Shown: in pieces, positions 1-11,805 of the stretch
Layout: each line of letters starts with the position of its first letter
How positions within the stretch are numbered: the first letter of the stretch is position 1
DNA from: Synechococcus elongatus PCC 6301
GTDB taxonomy: Bacteria > Cyanobacteriota > Cyanobacteriia > Synechococcales > Synechococcaceae
Reading direction: 5' to 3'
Assembly: GCF_000010065.1 (NCBI RefSeq)
Contig: NC_006576.1
Location: forward strand, 2,580,001 to 2,612,000
DNA: 32,000 nucleotides
Position numbers and translations under genes: made by a program
The notes under the pieces: model-generated
The model's database searches: none
Seen by the model: the letters and a program-made list of their open reading frames with translations, nothing else
What the model was told of the DNA's origin: nothing

Positions 1-1085
1 CCACCCGCAATCAAAATTGTTGGGCCTGGCACAGCCTGCAGCCCCACCCAAGCCGCATCGTAGTTCGTGGCTTTACTGTCGTTGATCAGCTCAATTCCCT
101 GCCAAGTCGCCACGCGTTCCAGGCGATGCGCAATCCCCGGAAAGTTGGCCATAGCTTCAGCGATCGCCTCAGCCTCAATCCCCGCTAGTCGAGCGGCGGC
201 GACTGCCATCAGCAAGTTTTGTTGGTTATGATTGCCGACCATGCTGAAGCGTTCGACAGGGAAGAGGCGATCACCGCGATCGATCACCCAGCCTTCTTCG
301 ATCCAAAAACCACGATCGCGACTCGTCGGTAGTGCCTCTGCACCTTGGGTGCTGGTCCAAAATGCTAGCGGCCAGCGGCTGGTGGCATTGGCTTGATTTC
401 GCAAATAGGGATCATCGCCATTCAACACCTGTTGCTGAGCGCGATCGAGCAAACTGGCCTTGATCGTGAAGTAGTTTTCGAGGGTGTAGTGACGGTTGAG
501 GTGATCGGGCGTAAAGGTTGTCCACAGGCCGATCGTTGCCGCCAGAGTCGCCGCCGCCTCAATTTGATAACTGCTGGCTTCTGCAATCACCCAGTCCAGC
601 GGCTTGGCCTCGCCCTGTTGCTGTTGGCGGGCAACTTCACAAGCAGCGAAGCCAATATTGCCGCAGGCGGGAGCTTGTAAGCCTGCCCGCTCAAAAATCG
701 CCGCAATGAGAGCCGTGGTTGTTGTCTTGCCGTTGGTGCCGGTCACTGCCACCCAGGGAATGTCGGAGAGCGTCCGCCAAGCCAGCTCCAGTTCGCCGAG
801 GGTTTCAATTTGCAGTTCCTCAGCCGCTTGCCGTAGACCGGGCAGATCCCAGGGGACTCCGGGGCTGACAACGATGCAGTTGGGGCGTTGTTCGGGCGTT
901 TGCCAGCCCCAAGCGACCGGGTCAAGGCTTTCACCTAGGCGGAATTGCACGCCCTGACTCACGAGCTCAGGGGGAGCAGCTACGGCGTTGCGATCGCTCA
1001 GTTCTACTTGCCAGCCCTGCTGCCGCAGCAGCAATGCCGCCGCACAACCCGACTTCCCGAGACCGATCACATGGGCATGCTGCAT
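1..1085 (-). CDS. murD: UDP-N-acetylmuramoylalanine--D-glutamate ligase (truncated by window start)
   Basis: Open minus-strand frame starting at 1085 (MQHAHVIGLGKSGCAAALLLRQQGWQVELSDRN...), with Mur-ligase nucleotide-binding TGTNGKTTT-type and NHL/N-rich segments; not in the ORF track because the stop lies outside the window. Confidence 0.9.
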   Translation of the reverse strand, partial: MQHAHVIGLGKSGCAAALLLRQQGWQVELSDRNAVAAPPELVSQGVQFRLGESLDPVAWGWQTPEQRPNCIVVSPGVPWDLPGLRQAAEELQIETLGELELAWRTLSDIPWVAVTGTNGKTTTTALIAAIFERAGLQAPACGNIGFAACEVARQQQQGEAKPLDWVIAEASSYQIEAAATLAATIGLWTTFTPDHLNRHYTLENYFTIKASLLDRAQQQVLNGDDPYLRNQANATSRWPLAFWTSTQGAEALPTSRDRGFWIEEGWVIDRGDRLFPVERFSMVGNHNQQNLLMAVAAARLAGIEAEAIAEAMANFPGIAHRLERVATWQGIELINDSKATNYDAAWVGLQAVPGPTILIAG

Positions 1086-1190
1086 GGCCAATGGCACTCA
1101 AACGATTTCTGATCGTACCGCCACTGTTGCGATCGCTCGCCTAGGCTAGTAGAAGCAGCTCATCTGCTGCGATCGCATGCGAGAACGGTC

Positions 1191-1895
1191 ATGTTGGGGA
1201 GAAAGCTGATTGCCCTTGGCGGCCTGATCTGGGTCCTAGGATCAGCCCTGCCGGCGATCGCGGAATGGACGCCAGCTGCCAAGAGCACGGTAGAAAGCAA
1301 GCTTGTTCTGCTCTGGCGATCGGTCTTCCGCAAGCTCGATCGCGAGTTCAAAGTTCCTGCTTTTGTGGACGCCAGCGGCAACTGGGTTACCCAAAAAGAA
1401 GCACGCCGCTATTCCCCCTGCGGGGATGTTTTTTTGGCGCATTACTGCGTGCGGGATGGCAACATCTACTTCAATGAAAGCGAGCTGAGTGGCATCGCCC
1501 TAGAGCTGGGTGACAGTGCGGCCTTTTTGGCCTTGATTCACGAGTATGGCCACGCCATTCAACACCGGTTGGGCTTGCTCAGAGCCGATCGCCCGCTCAA
1601 AGAAATTGAGCTGGAAGCCGACTGCTTTGCGGGCGTGCAGATGGCCTACCTCAACGACCTCGATCTATTGGAGCCCAATGATCTCGATGAAGTTGTGAGC
1701 GCCTACGGACTCTACGGCGACTACGACATCACCTCCAGCAGCCACCACGGTACGCCTGAGGAACGAATCCAGTGGTTTTTCAAGGGCTTTCAAAAAGGCA
1801 TGGCCGCTTGTCTTCTGCCAGCCAAACAACCGCAGAAGCCCCCCGAAAAAACCGCCAGCCACAGCAATTGCAGTTCTCGGGTCACGGTTTTGTAG
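1191..1895 (+). CDS. Secreted putative neutral zinc metallopeptidase
   Basis: 234 aa ORF with N-terminal signal-like segment and zincin motif LIHEYGHAIQHR followed by ELEADCFAG. Confidence 0.75.
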   Translation: MLGRKLIALGGLIWVLGSALPAIAEWTPAAKSTVESKLVLLWRSVFRKLDREFKVPAFVDASGNWVTQKEARRYSPCGDVFLAHYCVRDGNIYFNESELSGIALELGDSAAFLALIHEYGHAIQHRLGLLRADRPLKEIELEADCFAGVQMAYLNDLDLLEPNDLDEVVSAYGLYGDYDITSSSHHGTPEERIQWFFKGFQKGMAACLLPAKQPQKPPEKTASHSNCSSRVTVL

Positions 1896-1945
1896 GATGA
1901 TCGCCTGTCACTCGGCAGCAGCAACGGGTTCTTAACAGTCGCGAC

Positions 1946-3079
1946 CTAGAGAAAGCGATTCAGTTCAGGAACGGTTTGCCATTCACCGCTGCGCTGTGAC
2001 TGCCAGCAGAGATCAATCAGCAACTGCGAGTACAGGCCTTCCTTGAGACTCGGCGCCGTCATCTGACCGTGGCGCAGATCGGCAAGCCAGTGATCGACGA
2101 CCCGCAGGAAGGGGGCCAAACGACCATCGGCAAACTCCTGACGGAATGCCAAGCGCTGAGGAACGGTTAGCTCCTGAAGGGCTTGGCCTGCTGATGCGAA
2201 CCAGACCTGAAAGCCGTGGACGTAGTCCTTTTGATTGCTGCTGCCGAGAATCAGCGTGCCGCGATCGCCATAGACCTCCAGCCAGTGCCCGCGCCCTTGA
2301 CGAAAGACAGAGCTAAGGCTGATCTGACAGGGCACACCCTCCGCCAATTCCAGTTGAATCAGATCGGTGTCATCGGAGTCGACGGGCTTCAGTTCACCTG
2401 TGGTCGCATCAGGACGTTCTTGAATGGCGGTAAACAAGCGAGCTTGCAGTCGCCGGGCCGGGCCAAACAGCCAAGCCAAATAGTCAAAACTATGACTACC
2501 CAAGGCACCCAGTGCGCCACCCCCCTGCGATCGCAGGGCGTACCAATTCCAAGGGCGACTGGCATCGGCACGACTCGACATCAACCAATCGAGTTTGACT
2601 AGCCATGGCTGCCCGATCACGCCTTCAGCCAGCAACTCAGCGACGTACTGCCAAGCTGGGACGAAGCGATATTCAAAGTCGAGGGTGACAGTTAAGCCCT
2701 GACTACTCGCTAGCTTCCACAGCGCCCGCGCTTCCTCAACATTGAGGGTTGTCGGTTTTTCCAGCAGCACCGATTTGCCCGCCGAGAGAGCCGCCCAAGC
2801 CATGGGGTAGTGCAGAAAGGGCGGACTGGCGATCGTAACGGCTTCGATCGCGGGATCAGCAAGAAGCTGATCGAGATCGCTGTAGGCATTGGGAATGCCG
2901 AATTGCACCGCGATCGCCGCAGCGCGATCGGGCTGACGATGGTAGACCGCTTGCACCGTCGTCTCGGAATGGTGCTGTAGGGCGGGAATATGAACTTTTG
3001 AGCCAAACCCCGTCCCCAGCACCGCAACTCGCAGCGGCTGACTGGCATCAAAGTGGCGCATAGGGCTAGTCGATCGCAA
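1946..3079 (-). CDS. Gfo/Idh/MocA family oxidoreductase
   Basis: 377 aa ORF with Rossmann VLGTGFGSKVHIPAL, AVTIASPPFLHY, GKSVLLEKPTTL motifs. Confidence 0.88.
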   Translation of the reverse strand: MRSTSPMRHFDASQPLRVAVLGTGFGSKVHIPALQHHSETTVQAVYHRQPDRAAAIAVQFGIPNAYSDLDQLLADPAIEAVTIASPPFLHYPMAWAALSAGKSVLLEKPTTLNVEEARALWKLASSQGLTVTLDFEYRFVPAWQYVAELLAEGVIGQPWLVKLDWLMSSRADASRPWNWYALRSQGGGALGALGSHSFDYLAWLFGPARRLQARLFTAIQERPDATTGELKPVDSDDTDLIQLELAEGVPCQISLSSVFRQGRGHWLEVYGDRGTLILGSSNQKDYVHGFQVWFASAGQALQELTVPQRLAFRQEFADGRLAPFLRVVDHWLADLRHGQMTAPSLKEGLYSQLLIDLCWQSQRSGEWQTVPELNRFL

Positions 3080-3260
3080 TGGGGGTGGGGCGGTTCAGTT
3101 GGGCATTGGATGCGCCTGCCGACTGGCGTTCCGCCAGCCACGATCGCCAGGGTTCTTGCTGAGGCGACTGCTGTAGAACAGCGCTGAGGAGTCCCGCGCC
3201 AAAGGCGATCGGATCTTTCTGAACCCGTTGCCACAGTGGCGTCAACTCATCGAGGGGCAT
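3066..3260 (-). CDS. Small hypothetical protein (64 aa)
   Basis: Compact ORF immediately upstream of and slightly overlapping the oxidoreductase start; no recognised domain. Confidence 0.4.
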   Translation of the reverse strand: MPLDELTPLWQRVQKDPIAFGAGLLSAVLQQSPQQEPWRSWLAERQSAGASNAQLNRPTPIAID

Positions 3261-3382
3261 GCGTTTTGATCCAGCAGCGTTCTTGGCGTATGGTATCGCG
3301 GCGTTGCCAAAGTCTTCACCGTAAGAGATGGGGTCAAGGGAGCGCTAGGCTGGGGAAGTTTGCTTCACATGTCTGTGCGATC

Positions 3383-3649
3383 GTGACTCTCTCCCGTGAA
3401 CATGCCTGGCAGTTGCTCCAAGACCTCTTGTTTTATGGGGAGTCGGCAGAGACTTGGGTGCAGGATGTTTGGACCCAGAACGAAGGTTTAGGGGAAAGTG
3501 CGGCAGCCTTGATTGAAATTACCCAGCGGCTTTGGGAGCAAGTACCGGAATCTCAGCTGCGATCGCTGCTGCGAGAGTTGGCCGCCAGCCATCCCGATCG
3601 CATTGCAGAACTCGAGAGTGCCAGTGATTGGCAAGCGATCGCGGACTGA
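3383..3649 (+). CDS. Hypothetical protein
   Basis: Track ORF 3236..3649. The N-terminal ~49 aa looks like non-coding translation; a GTG at 3383 (VTLSREHAWQLLQDLLFYGESAETWVQ...) is a plausible start avoiding overlap with the divergent ORF. Confidence 0.5.
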   Translation: MTLSREHAWQLLQDLLFYGESAETWVQDVWTQNEGLGESAAALIEITQRLWEQVPESQLRSLLRELAASHPDRIAELESASDWQAIAD

Positions 3650-3802
3650 ACTTCAGGAATCTCAGTGGCGCGCTAGGAATCCTTGATCCTGTGAGCTGAA
3701 TGCTTCGATCAGCGCGATCGCGCCTGAGTCGCAGCAGCCTTGAAGACGGAGAGCGTCCATCGGTGACGCAGAATAAAGGGTGATTCGGCCCCCTTCCCGC
3801 CC

Positions 3803-5239
3803 ATGACCCTCAGCCTTTACAACACGCTCACCCGCCAGAAGCAACGCTTCGAACCGCTGCAAGCCGGCAGTGTGAGTCTCTATTGCTGTGGCGTCACGGT
3901 TTACGACTACTGCCATTTAGGCCATGCCCGTTCTTACATTGTCTGGGATACGCTCCGGCGCTATCTGCTCTGGCTGGGCTATCGGGTTCGCTATGTCCAA
4001 AATTTCACGGACATTGACGACAAGATCCTGCGGCGATCGCGACAAGAAGGCACGACTATGCAAGCGATCGCCGATCGCTACACGCAGGCTTATTTTGAGG
4101 ACATGGCGCGGCTCAACATTCTGGAAGCCGACGACTATCCCCGCGCCACCCACACGCTCGATGGCATTCAACGGCTGATTGCGGAATTGGAAGACAAAGG
4201 CTTTGCCTACGCCGCTGATGGCGATGTCTACTTTTCGGTACGCCGCTTTCAGGACTACGGCAAGCTCTCGGGTCGCAAGCTGGAGGATCTCAAAGCAGGG
4301 GCCAGCGGACGGGTAGAGTCCGCGGAAGAATCGCTGAAACACGATCCCTTTGACTTTGCCCTCTGGAAAGCGGCCAAACCCGAGGAACCAGCGTGGGATT
4401 CACCTTGGGGGCCGGGTCGTCCGGGCTGGCATATTGAATGCTCGGCCATGGTGCGCGATCGCCTTGGGGACAGCATTGATATCCACGTCGGCGGTGCTGA
4501 TCTCGTGTTTCCGCACCATGAAAACGAGATAGCCCAATCGGAAGCCGTCACCGGCCACCCCCTCGCCCGCTACTGGCTTCACAACGGCATGGTCAATGTT
4601 GGCGGCGAAAAAATGTCCAAGTCGCTGGGCAACTTCACCACGATCCGCCAGCTGCTGGATGAAGGCGGTATTTCACCGATGGTGTTACGGCTGTTCGTAC
4701 TGCAGGCAAACTATCGCAAGCCGATCGATTTCACCGACGAAGCTTTGCAAGCCTGCCAAAACGGCTGGGAGACGCTGCAAGAAGGTCTGCATTTTGGCGA
4801 GCACTGGGGCGATCGCCTCGGTTGGACAGAATCCGTCACGGTTGATCCGGACCTGAGCGATCGCTTCCGCATGGCGATGGATGATGACCTCAATACGCCT
4901 GCTGCCCTCGCTGTCCTGTTCGAGCTGGCCAAGGAATTGCGCCGCCAGCAAAACCTCCTGATCCACGAAGGTCACTTGGACGGGGATGCCCAGCAACTCC
5001 ATCAGCATTGGGTGACCTTAGTACAGCTCGCCGGTGTGCTGGGCCTAGAAGCTGAGCCCGAGCTGGCTGAAACCAACGAACTCGATGAAGCCGCGATCGA
5101 AGACTGGATTGCCAAGCGTCATGCAGCTCGTCAAGCCAAAGATTTTGCGGAAGCGGATCGGATTCGCCACTATCTCGCGGATTTGGGTATCACCTTGATC
5201 GATCAGGCCGGTGGCATCACTCGTTGGTCGCGAACTTAG
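3803..5239 (+). CDS. cysS: Cysteinyl-tRNA synthetase
   Basis: 478 aa ORF with YCCGVTVYDYCHLGHARSY, RYVQNFTDIDDKI, WHIECSAM, DLVFPHHENEIAQSEA and KMSKSLGNF motifs. Confidence 0.98.
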   Translation: MTLSLYNTLTRQKQRFEPLQAGSVSLYCCGVTVYDYCHLGHARSYIVWDTLRRYLLWLGYRVRYVQNFTDIDDKILRRSRQEGTTMQAIADRYTQAYFEDMARLNILEADDYPRATHTLDGIQRLIAELEDKGFAYAADGDVYFSVRRFQDYGKLSGRKLEDLKAGASGRVESAEESLKHDPFDFALWKAAKPEEPAWDSPWGPGRPGWHIECSAMVRDRLGDSIDIHVGGADLVFPHHENEIAQSEAVTGHPLARYWLHNGMVNVGGEKMSKSLGNFTTIRQLLDEGGISPMVLRLFVLQANYRKPIDFTDEALQACQNGWETLQEGLHFGEHWGDRLGWTESVTVDPDLSDRFRMAMDDDLNTPAALAVLFELAKELRRQQNLLIHEGHLDGDAQQLHQHWVTLVQLAGVLGLEAEPELAETNELDEAAIEDWIAKRHAARQAKDFAEADRIRHYLADLGITLIDQAGGITRWSRT

Positions 5240-5265
5240 CTCGCTGGGAATTCCCATTCAGTAAA

Positions 5266-5292
5266 CATCCCCAGATCAAAAGTCTGGGGATG
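5266..5292. terminator. Stem-loop between convergent genes
   Basis: CATCCCCAGA-TCAAAAG-TCTGGGGATG, perfect 10 bp stem, 7 nt loop, located between cysS and the convergent COP23-like gene; only a weak T tract. Confidence 0.65.
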
Positions 5293-5327
5293 CCAAGGTT
5301 CAGTCGATTAGATCAACTAATGCCGAC

Positions 5328-5921
5328 CTATTCCTGAATGGGCGGCATCAGCGCTTCTGGTAGATCAGGCCCCCCCACGCCGGTCAACGCATTGCGGAAT
5401 TGAATGGTTGACGTGTTGGGCACATTTTCTGGCGTCAGGGTAAACAGAACACTCCGAACATTGATTGGCCCAGCGGCAACAACGCCAGCACTGTTGACTA
5501 AGCCCGGTCGAGCCATTTCTGCAATCGCTTGCATCCCTGCGTAGTCCTGAACTCGCATTGCCAGACCGAGGTTCGTGAGGCGGGCACTCACGCTCAAACA
5601 TCGAGAAGAGGCTTGATAGGAACCACCGGGATAGGCAGAGTCAAGATTTTGGCTCCAGGCAATCACAGGTGTGGAGTTCTCACCGGGTTGGTAAGCCGGA
5701 ATGGAGACGTTGTAGGCCTGAACGTCGCCGGAGAGTAAATCAGGTCGTGGCTCTAAAACAGTGACATAGTTGGCACCGTTGACTTGTTTGCAAGTAAAGC
5801 CATAGCGGTTACTTTCGGCTTGTGCTGTTGGGGCGATCGCCGTCAGGGCGACTGCTGTAACCGCGAGCGACAAAGCGGTGGCTTTGATCATGGAAGTTCT
5901 CCGGTCGAGGAAGGAAAGCAA
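5328..5921 (-). CDS. Secreted protein resembling the circadian oscillating protein COP23 family
   Basis: Signal peptide (MIKATALSLAVTAVALTAIAPTAQA) then YGFTCKQVNG...TPVIAWSQNL...ASSRCLSVSARLTNLG pattern; true start probably the internal MIKATAL. Confidence 0.6.
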   Translation of the reverse strand: MLSFLDRRTSMIKATALSLAVTAVALTAIAPTAQAESNRYGFTCKQVNGANYVTVLEPRPDLLSGDVQAYNVSIPAYQPGENSTPVIAWSQNLDSAYPGGSYQASSRCLSVSARLTNLGLAMRVQDYAGMQAIAEMARPGLVNSAGVVAAGPINVRSVLFTLTPENVPNTSTIQFRNALTGVGGPDLPEALMPPIQE

Positions 5922-6085
5922 ACTTAGATGAAACAGGTCACCTAAGAACGAACTGACCCTACAATCCGTTGTTCATGTCTCTGCAACTGGAAAATATCAG
6001 GCTGTCTTTATTTAGTCGCCAGAGATATTAAGAAGTAAATCGAGTCACGATATAGAGCATCGTCAGCTAATAGCTAACTCCTGAA

Positions 6086-6967
6086 CTATGCTTCAGGCTG
6101 AGGAGGTGTTGAGGCTGATAGGTCCTGACCACACTGGTGGCAAAAACGAGCATCAGGACAAGCGATCGCCGTGCCACATTGACTACAACTTGGTTGCTTT
6201 TGTGTCTCTAGTTGCGCCAGATCGTAGGCAACAAAGCCGCTGGGAACTGCAATGATTCCGTAGCCCAGCAACATAATGCCGGAGGCAAGCAGCCGACCCA
6301 AGGGTGTTTGAGGCGTCAGGTCGCCGTAGCCAACTGTCGTCATTGTGACAATCGTCCAATAGAGCGTTTTGGGGATGCTGTCGAAGCCATTATCACTACC
6401 CTCAATCGAAAAGATTAGGCTGGCAATAATTAATTGCAGAATAAAAACACCGCAGAGAAAAACAGTGATCCGTCGTACACTGCTGCGGAGCGATCGCCAA
6501 AGTTGATTGGCCTCTTCTGCAAACCGGAAAAGTTTCAGGACTCGAAAGATTCTTAAAAGCTGCAGCGATCGCAGAATCAAGAGTGAGTTAAAGCCGGGCA
6601 GCAGAGCTGAAAAATAGGTTGGCAAGATCGTGATTAAATCAACCAAGCCAAAGAAGCTGAGGGCGTAGCGCCGCACCTTCGTTGCAGCTAGTAATCGTAA
6701 GCAATAGTCAAGACTAAAAATGATCGTAAAGCCCCACTCCAGCCCATTGAAGACCTCGCCGTACGCTTGCCGCCAGCTTTGAACGCTACCTAAAACCACC
6801 GTCAGGACACTGGCGATCGTGCAGAGGTAAATCAACAGGTTGAAAGCTCGACCTTGAGGCGATCGCGTTTCGATAACCATCTGGTAGAGCTGCGATCGCC
6901 AGTTATCCAACACGACCATCCTTAAGGGGGGAGCGCTTTTAAGAATAGAAGGCGATCGCATTTCCAC
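6086..6967 (-). CDS. Voltage-gated-type potassium channel with C-terminal zinc ribbon
   Basis: Six-TM-like profile, Arg-rich S4-like region (RSLQLLRIFRVLKLFR), selectivity filter TMTTVGYGDLTP, C-terminal CSQCG...CHQCG. Confidence 0.87.
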   Translation of the reverse strand: MEMRSPSILKSAPPLRMVVLDNWRSQLYQMVIETRSPQGRAFNLLIYLCTIASVLTVVLGSVQSWRQAYGEVFNGLEWGFTIIFSLDYCLRLLAATKVRRYALSFFGLVDLITILPTYFSALLPGFNSLLILRSLQLLRIFRVLKLFRFAEEANQLWRSLRSSVRRITVFLCGVFILQLIIASLIFSIEGSDNGFDSIPKTLYWTIVTMTTVGYGDLTPQTPLGRLLASGIMLLGYGIIAVPSGFVAYDLAQLETQKQPSCSQCGTAIACPDARFCHQCGQDLSASTPPQPEA

Positions 6968-7018
6968 CTTGTTATGCCCTGGCGCTGAACCACTAGCGTT
7001 CGGGTTTAGTCGCTAGCG

Positions 7019-7681
7019 CTAGCGGGTTTCCAGCAGCTCTGTCGCGGGATAGCGCACCTTAGCCAAATCCGCGTAGCCATCGCTGGCCGACCGATAGCCC
7101 GCTACAGCAGCTACGACCGTCTGATAGCCACTGTCTTTGACCTGCAGGATTTCGTCGTAGGCCGTTGGGATGATTCCCTCCAGCGGGCAAGTATCAACGC
7201 CCAGCAAGGCAGCAGCCGTCAGGAAATTCCCGAGCGCAATGTAAGCCTGATTCGCGGCCCAGTACTGAATCACGGCTTGGCGCGGGCCTTGAACCAGATC
7301 GCCGATCATCATTTGCCGATAGCCAGCCAGCTTCTCAGCCGCGACCGATCGCGTCGTTGCCGTCAGTTCAATCAGGCGATCGACTTCGGCTTCCGTCAGT
7401 GAAGTACGCGCCAGAAAAACAATTAGGTGCGATGCATCGGTGACTTGACCCTGATTAAAGGACTGCTCCCGCAGTTGCGATCGCAGCTCAGGAGACTCCA
7501 CTTGGATAATTTTCCAAGGTTGCAGCCCATAAGAAGAGGGTGTCAGTATAAGCGCTTGCTGAAGAACTTCCCAAGTTTCAGCAGGAATTTTGCGATCGGG
7601 ATCAAAAGCTTTGACGGCGTAGCGCCAATTCAAGGCATCGAGCAACGTGTTAGCAACAGTCGACATGAGCGAGCACAGCAA
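7019..7681 (-). CDS. NAD(P)H-dependent oxidoreductase, nitroreductase family
   Basis: 220 aa ORF: RYAVKAFDPDRKI...ILTPSSYGLQPWKIIQV...YIALGNFLTAAALLGVDTCPLEG. Confidence 0.87.
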   Translation of the reverse strand: MLCSLMSTVANTLLDALNWRYAVKAFDPDRKIPAETWEVLQQALILTPSSYGLQPWKIIQVESPELRSQLREQSFNQGQVTDASHLIVFLARTSLTEAEVDRLIELTATTRSVAAEKLAGYRQMMIGDLVQGPRQAVIQYWAANQAYIALGNFLTAAALLGVDTCPLEGIIPTAYDEILQVKDSGYQTVVAAVAGYRSASDGYADLAKVRYPATELLETR

Positions 7682-7764
7682 AATAGAACCGTTCTCACCC
7701 TACCGGAGCCAGAATCAACAATCTCGCAACCTGCGATACTGCCTTTCCGCCACTTTCCTCTAGG

Positions 7765-8262
7765 GTGAGTAAAGAAAGTTTACGGATTTTAGGGGGTGTG
7801 AGCATGGTGACGAGTGCGATCGTGGCCTATCTGCATTACTTGGGCTTCATGCTCAGCTTTGGGGCACTCGTGCTGGAGCGGCGCCTGCTGAAGGCAGAAC
7901 CCAGCATCAACGAGGCCAAGCTGATGATTGGCACCGATATTGTCTACGGGTTGGCAGCGCTGACGATTTTGGTGACTGGCGTCCTGCGCGTTCTCTACTT
8001 TGGGCAGGGTGTCAGCTTCTACATGCACAACCCCGTCTTCCTCACTAAAGTCAGCCTCTACCTTGCGATCGGCGGCCTGTCGCTCTATCCCACGATCAGC
8101 TTTATTCGCTGGGCTTTTCCCCTGCGTGATGGCAAGGCACCCGTGATCAGCGAAGCTGCTGCTAAACGCTTGGGCTGGGTGCTGAATATTGAAATCGCTG
8201 CTTTCGTGATTCTGCCGCTGCTGGCGGCTTTGATGGCCCGCGGAATCGGTCTGCAAGCTTAA
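7765..8262 (+). CDS. DUF2214-like integral membrane protein
   Basis: 165 aa hydrophobic ORF: LHYLGFMLSFGALVLERRLL...IVYGLAALTILVTGVLRVLYFGQG...; start may be at the internal Met/Val (MVTSAIVAYL). Confidence 0.65.
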   Translation: MSKESLRILGGVSMVTSAIVAYLHYLGFMLSFGALVLERRLLKAEPSINEAKLMIGTDIVYGLAALTILVTGVLRVLYFGQGVSFYMHNPVFLTKVSLYLAIGGLSLYPTISFIRWAFPLRDGKAPVISEAAAKRLGWVLNIEIAAFVILPLLAALMARGIGLQA

Positions 8263-8342
8263 GCCCCTTGTTTCCTGTCTGGGAACTATCTCACTTGGAG
8301 ATAAGACTGCTAGACAACGCTGAATAACGCAAAAGCTGACTG

Positions 8343-8372
8343 AAGCGCCTCTTGATCGCTCAAGGGGCGCTT
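8343..8372 (+). terminator. Stem-loop terminator
   Basis: AAGCGCCTCTTGA-TCGC-TCAAGGGGCGCTT, 13 bp stem with one wobble, followed by TTTTG. Confidence 0.75.
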
Positions 8373-8375
8373 TTG

Positions 8376-8597
8376 CTAATTCTGGGGATTGCTGTACTGG
8401 TTTGTATATTGATCGATCGCCCGCTGACGCTGCTCGGTGACCCGATTCATCTCCATGTTGACGGTGTCAATCGTATCGAGGCCTTGTTGGGTGGTTTCAG
8501 CCGGCATCATCGCCATCTTGTAGTAGACACTGCCCAGCCAAACAGCGATCGCTGCGATCGCGCCCCAAAAGATGAGATTGATCAGGGTTTTAGACAT
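8376..8597 (-). CDS. Small membrane-anchored hypothetical protein (73 aa)
   Basis: MSKTLINLIFWGAIAAIAVWLGSVYYKMAM: one N-terminal TM then polar tail; convergent with upstream gene and separated by the terminator hairpin. Confidence 0.6.
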   Translation of the reverse strand: MSKTLINLIFWGAIAAIAVWLGSVYYKMAMMPAETTQQGLDTIDTVNMEMNRVTEQRQRAIDQYTNQYSNPQN

Positions 8598-8914
8598 GGC
8601 AGCTACAAAGTTCTTGCTTGGATTATGCCTTGCGATCGCTTGCTCAGTAGTCTGACCTGCTCTCGATGCAGCAGTGTGACACCAGCAAGCTGATAAGTAG
8701 ATCTACTTAGTTTTTAGGGTGAGTTTTGTAATCTTATCCTGCGCTTCATTAAATAAAGCGTGATCAAGGAATTGAATCTTGCAAAATTCCCCTATGACCC
8801 TAGTGGGGTTTGTGATGCAGTGATTTGCATCGGGAATGACATGGAGGGAATCAATACACCACTTGCTAACCGAGTCTTAAACAATCGATTACGTTCCAAT
8901 TTTGCTGCGCTTAG

Positions 8915-11131
<2,217 letters not shown>

Positions 11132-11150
11132 GTCTTAACTCTCTAAATCC

Positions 11151-11188
11151 ATCCCCACATTGTTAATTGCTGCGGTGTGGGGATTTTT
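11151..11188 (+). terminator. Rho-independent terminator of katG
   Basis: ATCCCCACA...TGTGGGGAT perfect 9 bp stem followed by TTTTT, 20 nt after the katG stop. Confidence 0.85.
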
Positions 11189-11220
11189 AGGAAGTTTTCT
11201 TTTCTAATAGACGAATAAAA

Positions 11221-11790
11221 ATGACTCAATATCAGGTTGATCAAACTGGTTTACATGAAAAATTTCCAACTCATCTTCATCAATCTACCTTTTGGGAAAG
11301 TCTAGGGCGTGTTGTTGCAACTTTTGGATATTTAGAACAAGTTTTAGGAAAGGCAATTTTTGCGCTAACAGCAACAAAAGTGTATGAGGAGCATGAAGTT
11401 CAACAAATTTATGATAAGTGGCTGCATAAGCTGGAGCATGCTCTAAAAGATTCTCTAGCAAATCTCATAAATACTTACGAGCAATCAGTAAGGGAGCATC
11501 CAGATACTACGATCGAGAATCTTGACGAGCTTCTACATGACTTGAGGGAAGCCTCAAAAATGAGAAATGTTCTTTGTCATGGTTCATGGGAACCACCCGA
11601 TTCAAACGGTGCTGCCATTCCATTCTTTGTTAATCATCAGATGATGATTTTTGACACTCCAATAGATTGCAAATATCTCGATCAAGTTCAACAGCATACA
11701 GTTGGATTAATATGTGCTGTTATCAATACTGTTACTGGGATAGGCTGGCAATTTCCTGGCTTGCTTAGTCCAGGCAAGCCAATTGAGTAA
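11221..11790 (+). CDS. Hypothetical protein (189 aa)
   Basis: Long ORF with plausible composition; visibly AT-rich; no recognised domain. Contains RNVLCHGSW-like motif reminiscent of HEPN/MAE-28990-type alpha-helical proteins, but not decisive. Confidence 0.65.
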   Translation: MTQYQVDQTGLHEKFPTHLHQSTFWESLGRVVATFGYLEQVLGKAIFALTATKVYEEHEVQQIYDKWLHKLEHALKDSLANLINTYEQSVREHPDTTIENLDELLHDLREASKMRNVLCHGSWEPPDSNGAAIPFFVNHQMMIFDTPIDCKYLDQVQQHTVGLICAVINTVTGIGWQFPGLLSPGKPIE

Positions 11791-11805
11791 ACACGTCCAA
11801 GCTTT

